This document shows, piece after piece, positions 57,010-64,000 of a stretch of DNA of 64,000 nucleotides (within the stretch, counting starts at the first letter, position 1; each line of letters begins with the position of its first letter). The stretch lies in the IMG/VR virus record IMGVR_UViG_3300026549_001681; one strand, written 5' to 3'. Below the pieces are notes generated by a model. It was not told the origin of the DNA, made no database searches, and was given only the letters and a program-made list of their open reading frames with translations. Both the position numbers and the translations under genes were made by a program. This DNA is from an uncultured virus (IMG/VR IMGVR_UViG_3300026549_001681) (Duplodnaviria; Heunggongvirae; Uroviricota; Caudoviricetes).

Positions 57010-58824
57010 ATGCCTAAGTTTTTGACTGAAGATGAAGTAAGAGATGCTGATAAGATCGCTCTTGGTTTTGATAATGTTTTAGAGGTTGGTGTCAAACAAG
57101 GAACCGGTCAGATAACCACATTTAAGCAGTTGGGTATTGTTGGAGACGGTGATAACCATAAGCCTGACGGTTGGCGTATTCCTGAAAACAAAAATGATGT
57201 GGCGATTTTGCTTGAAACTAAAAATAGCAATGAAGATGTTGGTGCTAAGAAATGGATCCTCGAAATAATGAAAAATTGTGAGATCCTTTCCAATGCCGGT
57301 TATAAGAAAATCATTGGTATCCTTCACAATGGCTATAAAGCTATTGGTTTTTACAATGGAGAGCCCATTGATATTCCGGATGAAATACAGAACAAGCAGT
57401 TTTATATCGATCTGGTGAACAATCAGGGAATTGATCAGAAGAAGATTTATGATACTACAAGACGTATTAACAATAATCTTCATGTCAATTTCGGTGTTAA
57501 GAATTTGTATCATAGAATGATTTTTACTGCTTGTGCATTAGTTGCAGAGAGATACGGTGCTAACCTTGAGACCTTAAAGGGTAGAGCATTTTCAATGCTT
57601 CACACTCAGATATTAAGCACGATCAACAAATCATTAGAGAATGATAAAAAACAGAACGGCAAGCTTAAGATTCTGGAAGATGTATATTCAAAGATAGAAA
57701 TGAATTATACAGAGAATCAGGATGCTATTGATAGTTTTATCGATGACGTTTGTGAGATATCTGATTGTATCAACTCGAATGAATGGCGTGGAGAAGATGT
57801 TATGGGTATCTTCTTTAATGAGTTCAATCGCTATAAGAAGAAGTCTGAAGCTGGTCAGATCTTTACACCTGAACACATCACATCGTTTATGTATCGGTTG
57901 ATATGTGTAACTGAGAATGATTATGTTGGTGATTTCTGCTGTGGATCCGGTGGATTTCTTGTTAAGTCTATGAGTAACATGATGCGGTCTGCTGGTGGTT
58001 ATGATACCAATAAGGCAAAGGATATTCGTAAAAATCATTTATTTGGTATCGAATGGGATAAGGAAATTTATGCGCTTGCTTGTGCTAATATGCTTATCCA
58101 TAAAGACGGTAAGACCAATCTGGATCAGAATGATATGAGAAGTGAGTCAGCTTGTGAATGGGTTAAATCTAAGCCTATTACAAAAGTTCTGATGAACCCG
58201 CCTTATGAGAATAAGTATGGCTGCATGACTATTGTCGAAAATGTTCTTGATTCAGTCAAGGCAGGAACAGATTGTGCATTTATCTTACCTGATAAGAAAC
58301 TTGAAAAGGCTTCAAAAGCACAGATTAAGCGTATCTTATCAAATCATACACTTACGAAGATTATTAAACTGCCTGAGCCGTTATTCTTTGGTGTAGGCGT
58401 TACTACTTCTATCTTTGTATTCAAGACAGGACAGCCTCAGAACGGTGCTGAAATCTTCGGATGCTATATCGAAGATGACGGCCTTGAAACTGTTAAGAAT
58501 GAAGGCAGACAGGATATTAAGCATAAGTGGAAGGATATCGAAGATTATTGGATTGACAGTATCGGTAAACTCCGTGACACCGAGCATAATACAGCACAGT
58601 GGATAAACCCTAAAGAACATCTGTCATATCAGATGCCTGAAAAGCCTTTTGAGATTTCAGAGGAAGATTTCAAGAAAACTGCTATGGATTATATCTGCTT
58701 CAAGAATGGTATTGATACCAAAGAGTTCGGTGAGAAACTGCTTAATTCTGCTCTGTATGGTAGTGAAGTTACATCTGATGATACTGGCGTTCATATCAAG
58801 ATAGGCGGTGGTTCAAATGATTGA
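57010..58824 (+). CDS. Fused endonuclease/N6-adenine methyltransferase (BcgI-alpha/type IIB-IIG-like)
   Basis: PDG...LETK nuclease motif; GQIFTP; D.CCGSGGFL; NPPY. Confidence 0.88.
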   Translation: MPKFLTEDEVRDADKIALGFDNVLEVGVKQGTGQITTFKQLGIVGDGDNHKPDGWRIPENKNDVAILLETKNSNEDVGAKKWILEIMKNCEILSNAGYKKIIGILHNGYKAIGFYNGEPIDIPDEIQNKQFYIDLVNNQGIDQKKIYDTTRRINNNLHVNFGVKNLYHRMIFTACALVAERYGANLETLKGRAFSMLHTQILSTINKSLENDKKQNGKLKILEDVYSKIEMNYTENQDAIDSFIDDVCEISDCINSNEWRGEDVMGIFFNEFNRYKKKSEAGQIFTPEHITSFMYRLICVTENDYVGDFCCGSGGFLVKSMSNMMRSAGGYDTNKAKDIRKNHLFGIEWDKEIYALACANMLIHKDGKTNLDQNDMRSESACEWVKSKPITKVLMNPPYENKYGCMTIVENVLDSVKAGTDCAFILPDKKLEKASKAQIKRILSNHTLTKIIKLPEPLFFGVGVTTSIFVFKTGQPQNGAEIFGCYIEDDGLETVKNEGRQDIKHKWKDIEDYWIDSIGKLRDTEHNTAQWINPKEHLSYQMPEKPFEISEEDFKKTAMDYICFKNGIDTKEFGEKLLNSALYGSEVTSDDTGVHIKIGGGSND

Positions 58825-59869
58825 TACAAGCACTTGGAAAGAGTTCAGGGTTGGTACTTTGTTTGATGTAAGCAGACCTTCTTCAAGAAGTTCACAGAAT
58901 TATGATGAAGGCGATATGCCTTTTGTAGCATCTGGAAATTTCAATAATGGGGTTACAGCCTACTTACAGCCGAAAGACGATAATGATTACGATGAAGGTG
59001 GCTGTATTACTGTGAGTGCTGTTGATGGTTATGCTTTCTATCAAAAGGATAAGTTTCTTGGTCGTGGCGGTGCAGGTTCCTCTATAATGATGTTAAGGAA
59101 TGACAACCTTAATGAATTAAATGGAAAGTATATTTGTACTTTAATTCGCAAGGCTTGTAATGATTGGGAATATTCCAATATGGGTAATAAGGACAAACTT
59201 GCTGATACTATGATATGGCTCCCCATTACATCTACAGGTGAACCTGATTGGCAGTATATGGAAGATTATATGAAGGCTGTCATGGAAGAATCAGAAAAAA
59301 GCCTTGAGAATCTGAGAAAAACCGATGATACAAAACATCTGATTGATATGAGCGGATGGAAAAGATTTCATTTATATGATGATTGTATGTTCGGTATTGA
59401 CATGGGAACGAAGATGGACAAGGCTAAGATGAAAGAAATTCACCCTTCTGTCAACTTCGTAGGTAGAGCAAATGCAAACAACGGTATTACTACTTGTGTT
59501 GATAAAATAGATGATATTGAACCTTATCCTTCTGGCTATATGACATTATCATTGGGTGGTGAATATCTTGGTTCTTGTTTTATTCAACCTAAACCATTTT
59601 ACACAAGCCAGAATGTAATTGTGTTAATACCTAACGATAATATGACGGATAATGTTAAAAGGTTTATAGCGACTATGATATTCAAAGAAAGTCGTTCAAA
59701 ATATAAGGCTTTTGTAGATGAGTTAAATCGTCATATTAAAACTGATTTTTCAATTCCACTTCCTATCACCTCAACAGGCGAACCTGATTGGCAGTATATG
59801 GAAGATTATATGCAAAGAATAATGGATAAATCAGAGCAGATTATATCTGATTTGCAGATTGGAGCGTAA
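58817..59869 (+). CDS. RM specificity subunit with two TRDs (BcgI-beta-like)
   Basis: Two WK.F...NNG...LPITSTGEPDWQYMEDYM repeats; overlaps the MTase stop. Confidence 0.85.
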   Translation: MIDTSTWKEFRVGTLFDVSRPSSRSSQNYDEGDMPFVASGNFNNGVTAYLQPKDDNDYDEGGCITVSAVDGYAFYQKDKFLGRGGAGSSIMMLRNDNLNELNGKYICTLIRKACNDWEYSNMGNKDKLADTMIWLPITSTGEPDWQYMEDYMKAVMEESEKSLENLRKTDDTKHLIDMSGWKRFHLYDDCMFGIDMGTKMDKAKMKEIHPSVNFVGRANANNGITTCVDKIDDIEPYPSGYMTLSLGGEYLGSCFIQPKPFYTSQNVIVLIPNDNMTDNVKRFIATMIFKESRSKYKAFVDELNRHIKTDFSIPLPITSTGEPDWQYMEDYMQRIMDKSEQIISDLQIGA

Positions 59870-59870
59870 T

Positions 59871-60035
59871 ATGCCACGCCCTAAGAAAGATGGTAAAGTA
59901 ATAAACTATTATGTACGGAAGGACTTGGTTGATCGCCTTGACGCTTATTCTGAGAAGTCGATGATACCCAAAACTTCTATTGTCGAAGCAGCGCTTCAGG
60001 ACTATTTGGATAACGCAGAAAAGAACAAGAGATGA
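59871..60035 (+). CDS. 54-aa ribbon-helix-helix protein (not in ORF track)
   Basis: MPRPKKDGKVINYYVRKDLVDRLDAYSEKSMIPKTSIVEAALQDYL. Confidence 0.75.
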   Translation: MPRPKKDGKVINYYVRKDLVDRLDAYSEKSMIPKTSIVEAALQDYLDNAEKNKR

Positions 60036-60038
60036 GCT

Positions 60039-60272
60039 ATGCCAAAAGAAATTCGTGATGCAATACACGAAATGAACCTGTTTGTCCTGTCTCAGAAAGG
60101 CGTGTCGTATTACGATGTGAAAAACTACGCTTTGCAAAACGATAAGCAGAACTGGTTGTCAGCGCTAAAAAACAAGAGTGTCCGCACAGGAATATCCGAG
60201 TTGTGCAGATCTAAGAGGAAGAAAGACAACGTACCATACAACACGTTTTTCGGCGAACCATATACACAGTGA
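60039..60272 (+). CDS. small hypothetical protein
   Basis: Operonic ORF. Confidence 0.45.
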   Translation: MPKEIRDAIHEMNLFVLSQKGVSYYDVKNYALQNDKQNWLSALKNKSVRTGISELCRSKRKKDNVPYNTFFGEPYTQ

Positions 60273-60288
60273 CAGGAGGTAACATACT

Positions 60289-60519
60289 ATGCGTAAATTA
60301 CTTGAAGAATATAACACCGGCAAGATTACCTGGGATGAAGCGTACCGGATCGCCAATAATAACGCAGCAACCGCTTCTGAAGTCGGCAATACCGAAGAAG
60401 TGGAATACTGGACACACTTGATGAATGAACTTGGCGTAGAACTCGCTGACCAGTTCATGAAGACGCTCGGCTATAAGCAGAACAAAAGTGGTGCGTTCTT
60501 TAAGCCGGGCGATAATTAA
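60289..60519 (+). CDS. small hypothetical protein
   Basis: AGGAGG RBS; followed by hairpin near 60553-60590. Confidence 0.55.
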   Translation: MRKLLEEYNTGKITWDEAYRIANNNAATASEVGNTEEVEYWTHLMNELGVELADQFMKTLGYKQNKSGAFFKPGDN

Positions 60520-60872
60520 ACAGCGTTGAACAAGTTTCAACATAGTGCCTGGGCATCCTCTTTCTCTGTCGCCCGACGAGGAGAGGATGTCTGTCTTTTC
60601 TCTGCCGGCATCTACTTATAGTATTCCGTTCACTTTCCGAGAACAGAAACCACTATGTATAGTCGGATACGGTTTTGTGGCTAAATTTAGCCAGCACAAC
60701 CACAATATGTGGACAACGTAGTGTTTCGTCCTTGACAAAAATCAACTTAACCCCAATATGTAGAGCATTACAAAACCCCGGACAGACTAACTCGATCCGG
60801 GGCTCAGTGTGTGCAAACTAATCTCAATAATTTTCGTGGCGGATACCACACTATAATTATAATTCTCAAAAC

Positions 60873-60900
60873 AATAAAAAGCAAACAAATTTTCGTTTTT
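60873..60900. repeat. 28-bp direct repeat, left copy
   Basis: AATAAAAAGCAAACAAATTTTCGTTTTT identical to 63102-63129. Confidence 0.9.
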
Positions 60901-61003
60901 ATACACGCACTTACAGACACACCAAAAGTCACCCAGAGCGAACGAAATGTCAGTTGAAATGTCCGCTTCGTTGTCGGTATATTGAGGAGAACAGGAGGTT
61001 ACT

Positions 61004-63094
61004 ATGCTCGTTGACTCTATATTGAATGAAACATTAAACATCACTGATACTTCTACCATGAAAGAGTTTGCTGAACGGGTTGGTGTCAGCGAACGGCAGA
61101 TATTACGCTGGAGAAAAGAAAGGTGCGTGCCTCGTACCCGCACGATCAACGAAGTATATGACCGACTACGCAGTATGTGTCCTGAACAGTCCCAAAGGCT
61201 CTCAGAACTCGAAAAGGAGATGATTAAGGTCTGTATTCACCTGAGAGGCGAGCCGTTCGTTAGAAGTGAACACAGAGCTAAAGGCGATAATGATGTTCTC
61301 CAGAGGGCTGACAATGATTTTATACTCGGTAAGAAATTCAGGTTTAATACCAAGATTTTAGGCCACGCAAGGAACAATAACGTCTTCGTGGTTGGAATGA
61401 GCGGAAAAGGTAAGACTTCGTGTATCGTCGAACCTAATCTGTTACAGCGTAATGCGTCCTATATCGTAGCAGATGCAAAGGGCCAGATTGTCAATACGGT
61501 TGGAGGACTGTTGCAAATGCCCGGTACATCTGACGATGGTTATAATATTAGGATACTGAATCTCAAGGATCCGTCCTGCTCATTCCATTACAATCCTTTC
61601 CGTTATATCAGAAATGAAAATGACTGCGTGGTTTTGGGAAGAATAATCGCATTACACGATTGCGATGGTAACAAAACCAGTAGTGTTGATGCTTTTTGGG
61701 ATAATACGAGCAGTCAGCTTATCACTGCGTTGATTTACTTCCTCTGGAAATATGGTTCTAAAGAAGAACAGAACTTTGTTAATTTGCTGAGCTTGTTAAA
61801 GCTAAGTAGTGAAGGCTTAGTAGGAAGAAATTGTTATCTTAAAGAGATGTTTCGCTTGCACTCTGACGATTTGTTTTTGATGGCACAAGCGGGATGTATG
61901 TTAGCAGCAAGCGAAAGAACACTTGATAGTATTATCAGTATTACCTACTCCTGCGTAGCACCTTTAGCAGAACCGGCGGTGTCCGAGATGATGTTGTACG
62001 ATGAACTGCATTTGGAGGACTTTGCGGAAAGAAAGACAGCCGAGATACCGTCTTTGTTTGTTGTATGTGATGATATTCTGTCCAACAAAAACTTTATTGC
62101 TTGTATGTTATATAAGCAGTTGTTTGAACTGCTTTGTGAACACGCTGATCGCAGTCCGCTTGGAAGACTGCCGTTCCCGGTACGGTTTTTCCTTGATGAT
62201 TTTACTACGCTTGGACAGATACCTGATTTTAGTAATCTGATGTCTAATATGAGGTCAAGGAATATTTCCGTTGTCTTGATGGTGCAAAACGAAAATCAGC
62301 TTCAGGCTGTCTATGGAAATCAGTCAGAGAATATTATCGAGAACTGTAACTACTATGTTTGCTTGGGCGGGAACAGTTTAGACCAACAGGATAAGACCAA
62401 GAGGCGTTTTGGCAGGCGTATGTTTGAGAGAAACCGTGACAAAGGGTTTTATTTGGTGGATAACACTAAACGGCTTTACAATATCCGTCCGCTTCATTAT
62501 CAGGAACACCCCAACTGGTTTAATTATCCCTTTAATTATGTTGACTATATTCAGAGTAGGAAGAGGAAGGAAAGTCCTGCTTCGTTAATTGACATAGAAG
62601 AATTACAGCTTTGTTGTGAAATAAACAGCGAAGAACTCGGTAAGATTAAGCGTAAGACTAATGTATTGGATAGTTTTGCGGAAAAAGAACTTTATTCCGT
62701 TGTTGCAAGAACTGTGAAAAGCAAGTATTTAGTTGTTCCGCACTGTCATCTAAACGAGTTAGTGGATCTGAGTCATATTCGTTCCTTGGTTGTAAAGAAG
62801 AGACTGTCAATGATGCACTGTGATCTGATGGTCTTTGATAAAGATAATGTTAAGCCTGTTTGCGGTATTGAATGTGACGGGCCTTCGCATGATGAATCAG
62901 AGCAGAAAGTTCTCGATGAATATAAAGACATGGTATTTGAGCAAATAGGAATACCTCTACTGAGATTGAAATTGAATGGTCTTGGTGACGTTGCGGATTA
63001 CGATGCAATTTGCTCTAAGGTGCTGGAAATGGTAAAAGAATACGAAGAGCATAAGGCCGAGAATGATAAAGAGGCTTTGTTGACAGCATTATAA
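61004..63094 (+). CDS. HTH + VirD4/TraG-like ATPase + DUF2726-like nuclease-fold fusion
   Basis: EFAERVGVSERQILRW; GMSGKGKT..VEPNLLQ; YNPF; DAFW; FFLDDF; RSRNIS; EKELY...HCDL...IECDGPSH...D..KD..F...GIPLLR. Confidence 0.85.
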   Translation: MLVDSILNETLNITDTSTMKEFAERVGVSERQILRWRKERCVPRTRTINEVYDRLRSMCPEQSQRLSELEKEMIKVCIHLRGEPFVRSEHRAKGDNDVLQRADNDFILGKKFRFNTKILGHARNNNVFVVGMSGKGKTSCIVEPNLLQRNASYIVADAKGQIVNTVGGLLQMPGTSDDGYNIRILNLKDPSCSFHYNPFRYIRNENDCVVLGRIIALHDCDGNKTSSVDAFWDNTSSQLITALIYFLWKYGSKEEQNFVNLLSLLKLSSEGLVGRNCYLKEMFRLHSDDLFLMAQAGCMLAASERTLDSIISITYSCVAPLAEPAVSEMMLYDELHLEDFAERKTAEIPSLFVVCDDILSNKNFIACMLYKQLFELLCEHADRSPLGRLPFPVRFFLDDFTTLGQIPDFSNLMSNMRSRNISVVLMVQNENQLQAVYGNQSENIIENCNYYVCLGGNSLDQQDKTKRRFGRRMFERNRDKGFYLVDNTKRLYNIRPLHYQEHPNWFNYPFNYVDYIQSRKRKESPASLIDIEELQLCCEINSEELGKIKRKTNVLDSFAEKELYSVVARTVKSKYLVVPHCHLNELVDLSHIRSLVVKKRLSMMHCDLMVFDKDNVKPVCGIECDGPSHDESEQKVLDEYKDMVFEQIGIPLLRLKLNGLGDVADYDAICSKVLEMVKEYEEHKAENDKEALLTAL

Positions 63095-63101
63095 TTCAAG
63101 T

Positions 63102-63129
63102 AATAAAAAGCAAACAAATTTTCGTTTTT
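63102..63129. repeat. 28-bp direct repeat, right copy
   Basis: Identical to 60873-60900. Confidence 0.9.
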
Positions 63130-63133
63130 CTGT

Positions 63134-63161
63134 TGCAATCCGTTGCAAATGAGAGTATAAT
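63134..63161 (+). promoter_or_regulatory. sigma-A promoter upstream of the tRNA array leader
   Basis: TTGCAA-17-TATAAT followed by an AATGACA half-site. Confidence 0.65.
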
Positions 63162-63174
63162 GACATTGATGAAG

Positions 63175-63239
63175 GAAGTGCCTGTCCTTTATCTGGTGCA
63201 GAAGATAACTGTATTCAGATAGACGGCACTTCTTTTTTT
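63175..63239 (+). terminator. Promoter-proximal terminator-like hairpin
   Basis: GAAGTGCCTGTC...GACGGCACTTC followed by 7 T. Confidence 0.65.
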
Positions 63240-63271
63240 ATGACTACAACGAAAGGACAAGGAAACATTCT

Positions 63272-63421
63272 ATGAAGTTTATGTTTACACAACTGAATTG
63301 GCAGAGAATAGTCGCTGAGAAGGCGTCATATTCAGTATGTTCCTTGTTCCCGTCACGCTCTCATAGTGAGAACTATGCCATTGAAGGCAAAGATACAGGA
63401 CATGGGGGACGATCACAATGA
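63272..63421 (+). CDS. 49-aa putative leader peptide
   Basis: MKFMFTQLNWQRIVAEK...GHGGRSQ; AAGGA RBS; 3' end complementary to the downstream terminator. Confidence 0.5.
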   Translation: MKFMFTQLNWQRIVAEKASYSVCSLFPSRSHSENYAIEGKDTGHGGRSQ

Positions 63422-63464
63422 AGTGATTAGTTTTTGTTAGGCACAACAAGAGTTAATGCTGATT

Positions 63465-63510
63465 GAGGATCGTCCCGGAAGAGAACAAACCGAGGCGATC
63501 CTTTTATTTT
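63465..63510 (+). terminator. Attenuator terminator before the tRNA array
   Basis: AGGATCGTCCCGG...CCGAGGCGATCCT followed by TTTATTTT. Confidence 0.7.
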
Positions 63511-63544
63511 GTTCTCACGCACCTTGACAATTTAATCTCAATAC

Positions 63545-63618
63545 ACCCTTGTCATTCAAAGGTAGGATAACTGACTGTTAATCAGATAATACAGGTTCAA
63601 CTCCTGTCGAGGGTGCCA
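63545..63618 (+). tRNA. tRNA-Asn(GTT)
   Basis: Cloverleaf; CTGA-CTGTTAA-TCAG; GGTTCAAC T-loop; encoded CCA. Confidence 0.85.
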
Positions 63619-63710
63619 ATAAAGAAGTTCTGTAAGGAAACAGGCACTCCTTACAAAGCCTCTTACAAAGGGGCAAAAGGAAACCAGGCACTTCCTTTGT
63701 CCCTCCTTAT

Positions 63711-63788
63711 GGAGAGTTAGCTGATCCGGTGAAAGCTCCAGGTTGAAGCCCTGGGTACAGGTTGGTCCGACACCAACACTCCCCACCA
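63711..63788 (+). tRNA. tRNA-Phe(GAA), atypical
   Basis: CCAGG-TTGAAGC-CCTGG anticodon arm; T-loop TCCGACA; CCA. Confidence 0.75.
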
Positions 63789-63803
63789 TCAAGTGCCTGA
63801 CAT

Positions 63804-63878
63804 GGATCTCTGGTGCAACGGTAGCACTCCAGACTTTTAATCTGCGTAATGTGAGTTCGAATCTCGCGGGGTCCACCA
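63804..63878 (+). tRNA. tRNA-Lys(TTT)
   Basis: CAGA-CTTTTAA-TCTG; GTTCGAATC; CCA. Confidence 0.88.
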
Positions 63879-63882
63879 AAAT

Positions 63883-63958
63883 GGGTATGTAACTCAATCG
63901 GCAGAGTACCGGTCTCTTAAACCGGGAGTTGCAGGATCGTTGCCTGTCATGCCCACCA
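63883..63958 (+). tRNA. tRNA-Lys(CTT)
   Basis: CCGGT-CTCTTAA-ACCGG; atypical T-loop ATCGTTG; CCA. Confidence 0.85.
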
Positions 63959-63962
63959 ATAC

Positions 63963-64000
63963 GGCTCTGTGGGAAAGTAGCGCTAATCCGCCTGCCCGTC
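63963..64000 (+). tRNA. tRNA, probably Asp(GTC), truncated by window end
   Basis: GGCTCTG 5' acceptor strand, D-arm, then CCTGC-CC-GTC at the edge. Confidence 0.5.

Noticed and set aside
59219..59812. Invertible (shufflon) repeats in the specificity gene
   Set aside because: The repeats are direct, encode the conserved helix after each TRD, and no invertase is adjacent
61004..63094. Canonical conjugative coupling protein of a T4SS locus
   Set aside because: No TM anchor and no VirB4, VirB6 or relaxase genes recognisable in the window
63165..63510. T-box riboswitch
   Set aside because: No AGGGTGGNACCGCG T-box sequence before either terminator

Overview
This 64-kb window looks like part of a large extrachromosomal element (megaplasmid or phage-plasmid). 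The host is probably a Clostridia-like Firmicute, inferred from GGAGG RBSs and sigma-A promoters. It has a Rep_3 initiator with a complete iteron origin (10 x 20-bp iterons, AT-rich repeats, a DnaA box). It also has a dispersed phage-type replication set: family A DNA polymerase, DUF2800-type nuclease, putative SSB, SNF2 helicase, three more helicases, a Toprim protein and topoisomerase III. Other content: three toxin-antitoxin loci, a BcgI-like restriction-modification pair, lipoproteins, many small hypothetical genes and the start of a tRNA array. No virion genes, integrase, relaxase, VirB4 or CRISPR-Cas are recognisable. The most unusual signals are: (i) three promoters with an identical 21-bp motif exactly 30 bp upstream of an extended -10, each followed at once by a terminator; (ii) a leader-peptide attenuator and complementary loop motifs around the tRNA array; (iii) three anchor-less, split or HTH-fused VirD4-like genes; (iv) a 1-kb non-coding GACCTCG repeat region and dispersed GACACAAC repeats beside the origin; (v) two further element-wide operator motifs. 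Family calls come from motif recognition by eye, not database searches.
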